From Clostridiales bacterium (GTDB lineage Bacteria > Bacillota > Clostridia > Oscillospirales > CAG-272), in NCBI GenBank assembly GCA_012800735.1, contig JAAZIU010000039.1, positions 7,469-71,468 on the forward strand: a DNA stretch of 64,000 nucleotides, written 5' to 3'. Position numbers and translations under genes: made by a program. This document shows positions 46,925 through 56,611 of the stretch, in pieces. Below the pieces are notes generated by a model. The model did no database searches and was not told where the DNA came from. It saw nothing but the letters and a program-made list of their open reading frames with translations. The first letter of the stretch is position 1. Each line of letters starts with the position of its first letter.

Positions 46925-48151
46925 ATGAAGATAACAGAAATTAACGGCGGGATCGTCGCTCCCACCGGATTTAAAGCCGCCGGAGTTCACTGCGGTCTGC
47001 GCAAAAACCGCTCTCGGCTGGATCTTGCAATGATCTATTCGGATGTCAGATGCGTCGCTGCGGGAGTTTTTACGACAAATAAGGTTTTCGCAGCTCCGGT
47101 CGGAGTTGATCGCGAGCATCTTTCCGACGGATACGCGCAGGCGATAATAATAAATTCCGGAAATGCCAACACCTGCAGCGAAGACGGATATGAAAAAGCC
47201 GGCGCAACCATAGCCAAAGCTTCCGAGGTATTAGGAATTCCGGAAAACGATATACTCGTCTCCTCAACCGGAGTAATCGGCGTTCCGCTGCCGATAAAAC
47301 CGATTCTTGAGGGCATTCCGATGCTCAAAGAGAAGCTTTCTTCAGATGCATCCGGCAGCGAAGAAGCCGCGGTTGCGATAATGACAACCGACACCAAAAA
47401 GAAAGAATACGCCGTAAAATACCAGTTCGGCGGCAAAGATATTAAAATTGGCGGCATCTGCAAAGGCTCTGGAATGATAGAGCCAAACATGGCGACAATG
47501 CTTGCCTATATTACCACCGACGCCTCGATATCGCCGGAGCTTTTGCGAAAGGCGCTGAAATACTGCGCAGATCTGACATTCAATATGGTTTCGGTCGACG
47601 GCGACACCTCTACAAACGACTCGCTCATCATAATGGCTTCGGGATTGAGCGGAGCGGCAGCCATAACGGAGGAAAACGAAGCTTACGAAGCTTTCCTTGA
47701 AGCCCTGTTGAGCGTATGCATGAAGCTGGCGAAGTATATCGCCGCGGACGGAGAAGGCGCGACAAAGCTTATCGAGTGCAGGATAACCGGCGCCAAAACC
47801 GAGCGGGACGCCAAAATCCTTGCAAAATCGGTGATAAGGTCTCCCCTTGTAAAATGCGCCATGTTCGGCGCCGACGCCAACTGGGGAAGAGTTATCTGCG
47901 CCTTGGGCTACTCGGGAGCTGACTTTGATGTAAACGCCGTGAGCTGTTCCTTTAAATCGACCGCCGGAGAAATTGAAGTCTGCAAAAACGGCGTCGGCTG
48001 CGGCTTTGATGAAGAAATTGCCAAGAATATATTGATTCGCAATATAATCACAATAGACTGTAATGTCGGAGACGGCGCTTATGAAGCGACCGCATGGGGC
48101 TGTGACCTCAGCTACGAATATGTCCGCATCAACGGCGATTACAGGAGCTGA
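46925..48151 (+). CDS. argJ: bifunctional ornithine acetyltransferase / N-acetylglutamate synthase
   Basis: GFKAAGVHCGLRK. Autoprocessing region ATMLAYITTDA. 408 aa. Confidence 0.92.
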   Translation: MKITEINGGIVAPTGFKAAGVHCGLRKNRSRLDLAMIYSDVRCVAAGVFTTNKVFAAPVGVDREHLSDGYAQAIIINSGNANTCSEDGYEKAGATIAKASEVLGIPENDILVSSTGVIGVPLPIKPILEGIPMLKEKLSSDASGSEEAAVAIMTTDTKKKEYAVKYQFGGKDIKIGGICKGSGMIEPNMATMLAYITTDASISPELLRKALKYCADLTFNMVSVDGDTSTNDSLIIMASGLSGAAAITEENEAYEAFLEALLSVCMKLAKYIAADGEGATKLIECRITGAKTERDAKILAKSVIRSPLVKCAMFGADANWGRVICALGYSGADFDVNAVSCSFKSTAGEIEVCKNGVGCGFDEEIAKNILIRNIITIDCNVGDGAYEATAWGCDLSYEYVRINGDYRS

Positions 48152-48181
48152 CCGGCTTACAAATTATCGGAGATGATTAAT

Positions 48182-49048
48182 ATGTTTCTTTCAAATATGG
48201 ATAAAGCGGCTGTTCTGAGTCAGGCGCTGCCTTATATACAGAAATACTCAGGAGAGACCGTCGTCGTCAAATACGGCGGCGCCGCAATGACATCCGCCGG
48301 TCTTAGAAACTCGGTGATTTCCGACCTTGTGCTGATGACCTGCGTAGGAATCCGCGTTGTTTTGGTTCACGGGGGAGGAAAAGAGATTGATACGAATCTT
48401 CAGAAGATGGGCATTGAGCCAAAATTCAAAGACGGCATCAGGGTAACCGACGAAGAAACTATGGACGTCGTTCAGATGGTTCTCGCCGGAAAAACCAACA
48501 AAGACCTCGTCCGCGAGGTTGAAAACATCGGCGGCAAGGCTATCGGCCTCTGCGGCGTGGACGGCGGACTTATAAAGGCGAAAAAGTATGAAAAATCCGG
48601 ATATGATTACGGAAGTGTCGGCGATATAACCGAAATCGATGTCACGCTTCTGAACGATCTTTTGGGGCGGGGTTATATACCGGTAGTTTCAACCGTCGCG
48701 CTCGGAGACGCCGATAATCCCGTTTTTAATATAAACGCCGATATCGCCGCATCAAAGATAGCAGTCGCGCTCGGAGCGCAAAACCTGATTTTCCTAACCG
48801 ATGTAAGAGGAGTTCTCCGCGATGTCCACGACGAAGATACCCTGATACCCGAGATCAGGCTGAATGAAGTCTCTGCGCTGATTGAAGAAGGCGTCATAAG
48901 TAAGGGCATGATACCGAAAGTTGACTGCTGTGTAAAGGCGGTAAAGGGCGGAGTCGGTCACACCGTAATTATTGACGGTCGGATAAACCACTCTCTGCTG
49001 ATTGAAATGCTTACCGACGAAGGCGTCGGAACTCTTTTCAGAGAGTAA
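48182..49048 (+). CDS. argB: acetylglutamate kinase
   Basis: VVKYGGAAM, VLVHGGG, NINADIAA. ATG 48182 (9 nt after GGAG) is preferred over ATG 48173. Confidence 0.9.
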   Translation: MFLSNMDKAAVLSQALPYIQKYSGETVVVKYGGAAMTSAGLRNSVISDLVLMTCVGIRVVLVHGGGKEIDTNLQKMGIEPKFKDGIRVTDEETMDVVQMVLAGKTNKDLVREVENIGGKAIGLCGVDGGLIKAKKYEKSGYDYGSVGDITEIDVTLLNDLLGRGYIPVVSTVALGDADNPVFNINADIAASKIAVALGAQNLIFLTDVRGVLRDVHDEDTLIPEIRLNEVSALIEEGVISKGMIPKVDCCVKAVKGGVGHTVIIDGRINHSLLIEMLTDEGVGTLFRE

Positions 49049-49121
49049 GATTCACACAATTGACAGTCCCGCCGATTGTGGTTCATCAATTTGCGGGACA
49101 TATTTTATTCGGAGAATTATT

Positions 49122-50330
49122 ATGACAAACGAACAGGTAATAAAGCTCGATTCGGAATATATGGTTCAGTCATACGGTCGGTATCCCGTTGCGATCAGTC
49201 ACGGCAAAGGCGCTTCGATGTACTCTCTCGACGGAAATAAATACATTGATTTCACTTCCGGGATCGGTGTAAATTGTCTCGGATGCGCCGATCCTGAATG
49301 GGTCTCTGCCACAGCTGCCCAGCTCGGAGAAGCAGCTCATATGTCGAATTACTTCGTTAGCCCAAAGACAGCGGTTCTTGCCCAAAGATTGGTTGAGCTG
49401 AGTTCCATGAAGCGCGTTTTCATGGCAAATTCCGGAGCCGAGGCAAACGAAGGCGCGATAAAAACCGCGCGTAAATACAGCCGCGATAAATACGGCGAAG
49501 GCCGCAGCACAATTATAACACTTATCAATTCTTTCCACGGCCGCACCGTGACTACCCTCGCGGCAACGGGACAGGACAACTTCCACAAAGATTTCGGACC
49601 TTTTACCGAGGGATTCAAATACTCGCCTTTGAATGATATCGAAGCTATCAAAGCCGCCGCAACATCCGATGTCTGCGCCGTAATGGCTGAGGTGGTTCAG
49701 GGAGAGGGCGGGGTCTTCCCGATGACAGACAAATTTGCCGCCGCTCTGTATGAACTTTGCAAAGAGCGGGATATACTGCTCATTTTCGACGAAGTACAGT
49801 GCGGTATCGGCAGAACAGGCAAGATGTTTTCCTGGCAGCATTTCGATTATATCAAACCGGATATTATGACGCTTGCAAAGGGGCTCGGCGGGGGACTTCC
49901 GATCGGAGCCTTTATAGTCGGTGAAAAATGCGAATTTACGATAGGTAAGGGACAGCACGGCTCGACATTCGGCGGCAATCCCGTAGCTGCTGCCGGCGCA
50001 AATGTCGTTCTTGACAAAGTCAGCCGACCGGGTTTTATGGAGGAAGTCGCGGAAAAGGGAAGATTCATCGCCGATGCAATAAAAGCAATGAATATTCCGT
50101 ATTTAAAAGAAGTTCGCGGACTCGGCATGATGATCGGAGCTGAGCTTATTTCCCCTTCCGAAGGCGGAGTCGCGGCAGGAGATTTTGCCGGTCTTGCTTT
50201 TAATAACGGTTTGCTCCTTCTTACCGCCGGCTCAAATACCGTGCGCCTGCTTCCCCCGCTTACCATTTCGATGGCTGAAATCGAAGAGGGACTTCAAATA
50301 TTCAAAGAAATAGCACATAAAATGTTGTAA
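49122..50330 (+). CDS. argD: acetylornithine aminotransferase
   Basis: ATG 49122 follows GGAGA. NSGAEANEGAIK, DEVQCGIGRTGK, LAKGLGGG (PLP lysine). Confidence 0.9.
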   Translation: MTNEQVIKLDSEYMVQSYGRYPVAISHGKGASMYSLDGNKYIDFTSGIGVNCLGCADPEWVSATAAQLGEAAHMSNYFVSPKTAVLAQRLVELSSMKRVFMANSGAEANEGAIKTARKYSRDKYGEGRSTIITLINSFHGRTVTTLAATGQDNFHKDFGPFTEGFKYSPLNDIEAIKAAATSDVCAVMAEVVQGEGGVFPMTDKFAAALYELCKERDILLIFDEVQCGIGRTGKMFSWQHFDYIKPDIMTLAKGLGGGLPIGAFIVGEKCEFTIGKGQHGSTFGGNPVAAAGANVVLDKVSRPGFMEEVAEKGRFIADAIKAMNIPYLKEVRGLGMMIGAELISPSEGGVAAGDFAGLAFNNGLLLLTAGSNTVRLLPPLTISMAEIEEGLQIFKEIAHKML

Positions 50331-50351
50331 ACGCCGAAAGGATAATCTGAT

Positions 50352-51260
50352 ATGTATACAAGCCTGTTGAAAATGTCCGACCTTAACAGGGACGAACTGT
50401 TCTCTCTGCTCGACCTCGCGTCAAAACTGAAAAACGACCGCCGGCTCGGCGTTCCGCATCCGCTGCTTGCCGGAAAAACTCTCGGCATGATTTTCCGGAA
50501 ATCCTCTACCCGAACCAGGGTCAGCTTTGAAACCGGAATGTATCAACTCGGCGGATACGCTCTCTTTCTTTCGTCTGCAGATCTTCAAATCGGCCGCGGC
50601 GAACCTGTAGAAGACACCGCAAGAGTATTGGGGCGATATCTTGACGGCATAATGATCCGTACATTTGCCCAGGAAGAAGTTGAGCAGCTCGCGCTTCACA
50701 GCGGTCTGCCGGTTATCAACGGTCTTACCGACTACGCTCACCCCTGCCAGGTGCTTGCCGATCTGATGACTATCCGAGAATACAAGGGCGGCTTCGACGG
50801 CCGTAAGCTCTGTTATATAGGCGACGGAAACAATATGTGCAACTCTCTCATAGTAGGCTGCCTGACCGCCGGAATGGATGTTGCGATAGCCGTACCGGAG
50901 AAATACCGTCCGGCGGAAGATGTCCTTGAATTTGCAAAGAGTTACGACAGCAAATTCATTATGACGGAAGATCCCTTTAAGGCTGCGGAAAAAGCTGATG
51001 TTCTCTATACCGACGTCTGGGCTTCTATGGGCATGGAAGAGGAATCAGAGCAGCGCCGCCGCGATTTCAAAGGCTATCAGATAAACCGGGAAATCGAAGC
51101 CGTTGCCGCAAAGGATGTAATTGTTCAGCATTGCCTGCCGGCTCACCGCGAAGAAGAGATAACCGCAGACGTTTTCGAGCGTCACGCAAATGAAATTTTC
51201 GACGAAGCGGAAAACCGCCTCCACGCTCAGAAAGCCGTAATGGCTACGCTGATGAAATAA
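50352..51260 (+). CDS. argF: ornithine carbamoyltransferase
   Basis: [32 protein letters not shown]. Confidence 0.92.
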   Translation: MYTSLLKMSDLNRDELFSLLDLASKLKNDRRLGVPHPLLAGKTLGMIFRKSSTRTRVSFETGMYQLGGYALFLSSADLQIGRGEPVEDTARVLGRYLDGIMIRTFAQEEVEQLALHSGLPVINGLTDYAHPCQVLADLMTIREYKGGFDGRKLCYIGDGNNMCNSLIVGCLTAGMDVAIAVPEKYRPAEDVLEFAKSYDSKFIMTEDPFKAAEKADVLYTDVWASMGMEEESEQRRRDFKGYQINREIEAVAAKDVIVQHCLPAHREEEITADVFERHANEIFDEAENRLHAQKAVMATLMK

Positions 51261-51267
51261 TGATAAA

Positions 51268-51948
51268 ATGAAAAAAATGAAGCTGGCGGCGTCGCTGATG
51301 TGCGCCGATATACTCAACCTTGCATCGGAGCTGCAAAAGCTTGAAAAAAACGGAATCGACTATATCCATATAGACGTTATGGACGGTCATTTCGTGCCGA
51401 ACCTGATGCTTTCCCCCCAGCTTGCAGATCAGACGCGGATGGTATGTAATCTCCCTTACGACTACCATCTTATGGTCGACCGCCCAGAAAACATTATACC
51501 GACGCTTCGACTTCATCCGGGAGATATCGTCTCGATACACGCAGAAAGCACCGTCCACCTTCAAAGAGCGGCGGCAATGATAAAAGCGTCCGGCGCGACA
51601 GCCGCCGTCGCGCTTAATCCCGCCACTCCCTTGGAATTTCTCCGCGATATTCTGCCGGATATCGGTATGGTTCTTATTATGACCGTTAACCCCGGATTTT
51701 CGGGACAAAAGCTGGTTCCGCAGACGCTTTTAAAGATAGAAAGATGCCGCGCAATGCTCGACAGCCTCGGTTTTACCGATATATCGATACAGACAGACGG
51801 CAACTGCAGCTTTGAAAATATTCCTAAAATGCTGAAAGCCGGAGCAGATAACTTTGTCGTCGGCTCTTCAAGTTTATTTGACCCGGCGTATACTATAAAA
51901 ACAGCCGCCGAAAAGCTGCGGGCGCTTGATTTGTCTGAAAATATCTGA
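51268..51948 (+). CDS. ribulose-phosphate 3-epimerase family protein
   Basis: SLMCADILNL, IHIDVMDGHFVPN, MTVNPGFSGQK. Starts 7 nt after the argF stop. Confidence 0.8.
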   Translation: MKKMKLAASLMCADILNLASELQKLEKNGIDYIHIDVMDGHFVPNLMLSPQLADQTRMVCNLPYDYHLMVDRPENIIPTLRLHPGDIVSIHAESTVHLQRAAAMIKASGATAAVALNPATPLEFLRDILPDIGMVLIMTVNPGFSGQKLVPQTLLKIERCRAMLDSLGFTDISIQTDGNCSFENIPKMLKAGADNFVVGSSSLFDPAYTIKTAAEKLRALDLSENI

Positions 51949-51986
51949 ACATTTGTTTTATAAGAATGTTTATGCATAAAACATAA

Positions 51987-52014
51987 AACGGCAGTAATAC
52001 GGCTGCCGTTTTTA
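51987..52014. terminator. bidirectional intrinsic terminator
   Basis: AACGGCAG / CTGCCGTT stem. Followed by TTTTTAT on the plus strand and TTTTATGTTTT on the minus strand. Confidence 0.7.
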
Positions 52015-52040
52015 TTATGATCAATTCAATGCTAAAATCG

Positions 52041-53744
52041 TCAGGACTGTTTGTTTTTCTTTTTATTTGTCTTTGCTATAACAAGTCCGCCCATACCGCT
52101 TACCACTAAAATGCTTCCCGTAATATAAAGTATCGCAGCACCCCCGCCTCCGGTAAGCGGGACATGTGAATTTGCAAACCTGACTTCTGCATAATTGTCG
52201 GTAGTTACGCTCGGAGACGCGGGGTCTCCGGGGATACTTACCACAAGCGGCGCATCGCTTTTAATATAATTATCCGGCGCCTTTATTTCACTTATTGTAT
52301 ACTCGCCGGCTGCAAGTCCGTCAAAGACGCAATAACCGCTTTCGTTTGTCGTTCCGGTCATTGTCATTGCTCCGACGCTAACAGCAAATTCCGCGCCGGA
52401 GAGAGGCTTATTATCATCGCTTTGGTCAAACTTGTATATCTTGATACCATATACATCAATTCCAACCGACGCCTCGGCGGAATTCACGGCAGTTCCTACA
52501 TTATCAAGATAAGAAACTTGCGCCCGGTTCAGGTATCTCCCCGCTGAAACCGAAGCCGACATTTTAGCGTCAAATTCAATTATTATACCTGGAGCGGAAT
52601 TAATTTCGTTTTCTGTGAAAAAACCGGCTTCGTAAAGTTTAACAAGATCCATGGAAACCGAAAAATTGCTTATGCCTTCGGTCAGGATATAAAGGTTGGC
52701 AGGCACCAGAGTATCATTAACCGATACCGTAATATTGCTTGAAGCGGCATTAAATGCGATTGCCGGATCGAAAGTATCGGTAATTGTCATGGGATAGCTC
52801 CCGCGAGTAATACCGGACGCAGGGGATTGCGGAGCTTTCGAAGGGCCGGTCGGGTCGTCGGGCTGTGTTACCGGAAGGTAGCTGCCCAAAAAATCAGGGA
52901 CATTTGAAGTCAAAATAAAATGAATTGTTTCTCCTGCCGCAGCGCTGATTTTATCGGCATTTATCAAGATACCCGGAGCATTGGTCTTTTCTGTCACACC
53001 GGGATCGTTTTCTCCGTTTTCCCCGCCTGAACCGTCAGATTCCCAAACAGCATATAAAGTAGTTATAGCAGCTGTTGCCGTAATGGTCTGACCTTTGGTA
53101 TATTCAACCGTTCCGCCTCGGATACTGCTCCAGCCGATAAACAAAAAACCTTCCAATGAAGGTTCGATATCGGTTATCGTGAAAACAGGAGAATTTCCGG
53201 TTTCGGAAGGGATTGACGGCTCGCCGCCGTTTGAATCATATTTAAGCTGATATTCGACGGCTCCGGGGTCGGTTTCCTGAATATAAACAATGTCCGAAAG
53301 AGTGTGTTTGTAATAATTGATTGTGATATCCTGATAAGCGCCGGCTTGCGACACATCATAATTTTTGACTTTGCCTCCAACAAGGTAATTGCCGTATTTA
53401 TAACTTCCGGCAGAATATATTTTTTCTCCGAAGATAAGATCTGTGTGAAGCTGCCAGCCGTTTGTCTCATCACCTATGAAATAAGAATGTATCTTGCCTT
53501 GAGCATTTGTTTCACCGCCGGTCTCGGCTCGAAGAACGGTTATGGATGTCGTAACCTGTTTAATCGTTGCTTCGTATCCGAGTTCGCGGTCATCCAGGAT
53601 ACTTGCCGGAATACCGTCAAGATTTATCGAAAGGTTTATCACGCAGATGTCATACGGTTCTTCGGCAAAAACAGCAAAAGACAGCGTTAAGGGAAGAATC
53701 AGAAATAAAAGCAGCAGCATTGACGCAAACTTTGTTTTAGACAT
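52041..53744 (-). CDS. sortase-substrate surface protein (pilin/adhesin-like; Listeria-Bacteroides repeat + Cna-B/SpaA-type domain)
   Basis: Signal peptide present. FLFIGWSS..TLYAVW repeat. GYCVFDGLAAGEYTISEIKAPDNY (E-box-like). C-terminal VPLTGG, a hydrophobic stretch, then KKKNK. Confidence 0.7.
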   Translation of the reverse strand: MSKTKFASMLLLLFLILPLTLSFAVFAEEPYDICVINLSINLDGIPASILDDRELGYEATIKQVTTSITVLRAETGGETNAQGKIHSYFIGDETNGWQLHTDLIFGEKIYSAGSYKYGNYLVGGKVKNYDVSQAGAYQDITINYYKHTLSDIVYIQETDPGAVEYQLKYDSNGGEPSIPSETGNSPVFTITDIEPSLEGFLFIGWSSIRGGTVEYTKGQTITATAAITTLYAVWESDGSGGENGENDPGVTEKTNAPGILINADKISAAAGETIHFILTSNVPDFLGSYLPVTQPDDPTGPSKAPQSPASGITRGSYPMTITDTFDPAIAFNAASSNITVSVNDTLVPANLYILTEGISNFSVSMDLVKLYEAGFFTENEINSAPGIIIEFDAKMSASVSAGRYLNRAQVSYLDNVGTAVNSAEASVGIDVYGIKIYKFDQSDDNKPLSGAEFAVSVGAMTMTGTTNESGYCVFDGLAAGEYTISEIKAPDNYIKSDAPLVVSIPGDPASPSVTTDNYAEVRFANSHVPLTGGGGAAILYITGSILVVSGMGGLVIAKTNKKKNKQS

Positions 53745-53850
53745 AATATAAGCCCTCTTTTTTTATTGTTTTTTGATTATAGATTAAACCTTATCAATAT
53801 ACAAAAAAATATACAAAGTATTTAACTTTGTATAAAGAAAAAATACAAAA

Positions 53851-53877
53851 TTCAGGCACAGTAAAAGCTGTGCCTGA
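53851..53877 (-). terminator. intrinsic terminator of gap
   Basis: TTCAGGCACAG / CTGTGCCTGAA 11-bp stem, followed on the minus strand by TTTTGTATTTTTT. Confidence 0.75.
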
Positions 53878-53886
53878 AAAGTTATT

Positions 53887-54918
53887 TTATTTAAGTCCCG
53901 CCATGTATTTAATCGTGCGAACCATCTGGCTGGTATAGGAGTCTTCGTTGTCATACCAAGCAACTACCTGTACCTGATAGGTGTCGTCGTCAAGCTTCGC
54001 TACCATTGTCTGGGTGGAATCAAAGAGGGAACCATAAGTCATTCCGATAACGTCGGAGGAGACGATTTCCTCTTCGTTGTAGCCGAAGGACTCGGAAGCT
54101 TCTGCCTTCATGGCTGCGTTGACGGAATCGACGGTAATGTCTTTGCCGTTAACAACCGCAACAAGAATGGTGCTTGATCCGGTGATAACCGGAACGCGCT
54201 GAGCTGAGCCGATAAGTTTGCCGTTAAGCTCCGGAATTACCAGACCGATAGCTTTTGCAGCTCCGGTAGTGTTCGGAACGATATTTGCAGCAGCGGCGCG
54301 GGCGCGGCGGAGATTGCCCTTACGGTGCGGACCGTCGAGAACCATCTGGTCGCCGGTGTATGCGTGAATAGTGGTCATGATACCGCTCTTAATCGGATAG
54401 GCATCGTTGAGAGCCTTAGCCATCGGAGCGAGGCAGTTGGTGGTGCAGGAAGCGGCAGAGATGATCTGATCATCAGCGGTAAGAATCTCTTCGTTTACGC
54501 CAAAAACGACAGTCTTAAGATCGCTGCCGGCGGGAGCGGAAATAATAACCTTCTTCGCTCCGGCGTTGATATGAGCCATGCTCTTTGCTTTGCTGGTATA
54601 GAAGCCGGTGCACTCAAGCACTACATCGACGTCAAACTCCGCCCACGGGCAGTTGTTGGCGTCCATTTCGGCATAAATCTTAATCTCTTCGCCGTCAACT
54701 ATTATTGAATTCTCGGTGGCTTCGACGGTGTGTTTTTTCTCACCGATAACTCCGCAGTAGCCTCCCTGAGCGGTGTCATACTTAAGCAGATGAGCGAGCA
54801 TAGCCGGGCTGGTAAGGTCGTTTATGGCGACGATATCATATCCGGGAGCTTTGAACATCTGGCGGAAAGCAAGGCGTCCGATGCGGCCGAAGCCGTTAAT
54901 TGCAACTTTTACTGACAT
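53887..54918 (-). CDS. gap: type I glyceraldehyde-3-phosphate dehydrogenase
   Basis: [11 protein letters not shown], active site [17 protein letters not shown]. Confidence 0.93.
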   Translation of the reverse strand: MSVKVAINGFGRIGRLAFRQMFKAPGYDIVAINDLTSPAMLAHLLKYDTAQGGYCGVIGEKKHTVEATENSIIVDGEEIKIYAEMDANNCPWAEFDVDVVLECTGFYTSKAKSMAHINAGAKKVIISAPAGSDLKTVVFGVNEEILTADDQIISAASCTTNCLAPMAKALNDAYPIKSGIMTTIHAYTGDQMVLDGPHRKGNLRRARAAAANIVPNTTGAAKAIGLVIPELNGKLIGSAQRVPVITGSSTILVAVVNGKDITVDSVNAAMKAEASESFGYNEEEIVSSDVIGMTYGSLFDSTQTMVAKLDDDTYQVQVVAWYDNEDSYTSQMVRTIKYMAGLK

Positions 54919-54974
54919 AAAATATATCCTCCGTTTTGATTTTTAAGAACCATCATTAATTATATCACAAAATC

Positions 54975-54992
54975 GCTGCTTTTTCAAGCAGC
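54975..54992 (-). terminator. possible terminator hairpin upstream of the gap promoter
   Basis: GCTGCTT / AAGCAGC stem with a 4-nt loop and a weak T-run (GATTTTG) on the minus strand. Confidence 0.35.
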
Positions 54993-55093
54993 AGCTATAA
55001 ATTTTACATTGATTATAACAGAAATTTTCAATCCGATTAAACTAAAGACACGCGCCTGTCAAACACGGTATTTTCAGAGAGACAAGAGCAGCT

Positions 55094-55522
55094 TTATATT
55101 TCCGGCTCTTCTTCGCCTTCTTCTTCAATGGCTTCAAGCTGATCGATACAGTTGTATTCAAAGCCGCATTTCGGGCAAACCACAGCTTCCGGATCCACAT
55201 CAAGAGTTATAATGTTTTTTTCGCTGCATTGCGGACAGACAACTTCAAATTCGATGTTTTTCCAGTCATTTTCATCAAATTCCGCTTCGGTGTCCTCGCC
55301 GTAAATCACATCTTCAAGGTCGGAAAGATCGGAATCCAGCTCATCGATTAAGTTGGTGTTTTCTTCAATCTCATTCCAAAGCATTTGCATATTGCCCTGA
55401 AGCTCTTCAAACATGTCGGCAACGGCGGAAAACAATTCTGCCACCGCCGGATTTGCCGCATCGGAGCTTTTGAGATTATCGATAAGTCTGCGGATTCTTA
55501 TAAGCTTATCCTGAGCATCCAT
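55094..55522 (-). CDS. acidic zinc-ribbon protein (CD1247 N-terminal-domain-like, from memory)
   Basis: 142 aa. CPQC..17 aa..CPKC zinc ribbon. D/E-rich segments. Lies 29 nt downstream of efp. Confidence 0.5.
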   Translation of the reverse strand: MDAQDKLIRIRRLIDNLKSSDAANPAVAELFSAVADMFEELQGNMQMLWNEIEENTNLIDELDSDLSDLEDVIYGEDTEAEFDENDWKNIEFEVVCPQCSEKNIITLDVDPEAVVCPKCGFEYNCIDQLEAIEEEGEEEPEI

Positions 55523-55551
55523 TTTGGTATTCTCCCTGTGAAATGCCGTTA

Positions 55552-56109
55552 TTAAGCTCTTTCGAGATATTCGCCGGTACGGGTGTCTATCTTGACTATG
55601 TCACCGTTGTTTATGAAAAGCGGAACGCGGATTACCGCTCCGGTTTCAACGGTTGCGTTCTTGGTGGCGCCGGTTGCGGTGTCGCCGCGGATACCCGGCT
55701 CGGTATCTGTAATTTCAAGGGTAACGAACATAGGCGCTTCTACCCCGAATACCTTTCCCTTATAAGACATGACTCTGCAAATATCGTTTTCTTTCACGAA
55801 AATAAAGTCATCTCCCAGAACTTCCTTGTCTATGGGCAGCATTTCATAGGTATCCTGATCCATGAAAAAATAGATATCGCCGTCATTGTAGGAATACTGC
55901 ATATCCTTGCGGTCGATTGTTGCGTTTTCGAATTTATCAGTCGGGCTGAACGTACGCTCTGTCACCGAACCGGTAATGACATTGCGAATCTTTGTGCGGA
56001 CAAAAGCGGCTCCTTTTCCGGGCTTAACATGCTGAAATTCAATAATCTGCATAACGTTTCCGTCAAGCTCAAAAGTTACGCCGTTTCTGAAATCACCGGC
56101 AGTTACCAT
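55552..56109 (-). CDS. efp: elongation factor P
   Basis: [28 protein letters not shown]. 185 aa. Confidence 0.93.
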   Translation of the reverse strand: MVTAGDFRNGVTFELDGNVMQIIEFQHVKPGKGAAFVRTKIRNVITGSVTERTFSPTDKFENATIDRKDMQYSYNDGDIYFFMDQDTYEMLPIDKEVLGDDFIFVKENDICRVMSYKGKVFGVEAPMFVTLEITDTEPGIRGDTATGATKNATVETGAVIRVPLFINNGDIVKIDTRTGEYLERA

Positions 56110-56267
56110 TTTAAAACCTCCAAAAATAGGACTATAATAATATTAGGATTATCATATATATTGTATCATGTATCTGTTAATATTTCAAGATGATTTATAA
56201 AAATAATAAGCCGCTTTTCTGCGTTGTCAACTTATATTAAACATTCAATGTAAATTTTCCAAACCCC

Positions 56268-56296
56268 TTGCAAAAACTCCGGTTCTGTGGTATAAT
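56268..56296 (+). promoter_or_regulatory. sigma-70 promoter of tRNA-Ala
   Basis: TTGCAA, 17-nt spacer, TGTGGTATAAT. Confidence 0.6.
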
Positions 56297-56310
56297 ACAT
56301 GATGTTATCC

Positions 56311-56386
56311 GGGGATGTAGCTCAGTTGGGAGAGCGCTGCGTTCGCATCGCAGAGGTCAAGGGTTCGAATCCCTCCATCTCCACCA
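56311..56386 (+). tRNA. tRNA-Ala (anticodon CGC), encoded CCA
   Basis: Acceptor GGGGATG/CATCTCC with the G3:U70 alanine identity pair. Anticodon arm CTGCG-TTCGCAT-CGCAG. T-loop TTCGAAT. Confidence 0.88.
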
Positions 56387-56394
56387 ATATATAT

Positions 56395-56445
56395 AACACA
56401 GCCGTTGATACATTTTAGTAGCGATGCTGTGTTGTTTTGTTTTAT
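56395..56445 (+). terminator. intrinsic terminator after tRNA-Ala
   Basis: AACACAGC / GCTGTGTT stem (23-nt loop) followed by GTTTTGTTTT. Confidence 0.5.
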
Positions 56446-56611
56446 TATTTTGTTTCTATAACAGTCTTGCCGGTGGGGAAATAAATATTCACAGTAAATT
56501 TTCTTAGAAACACAAAAAATAGCTTTTTTATTAATTTAATCACTATCAAGTGTTGTGTATAATTGCGTTATTTTTTTGTAATTTCAACAACCGCTTATAA
56601 GGAGCAGATAA

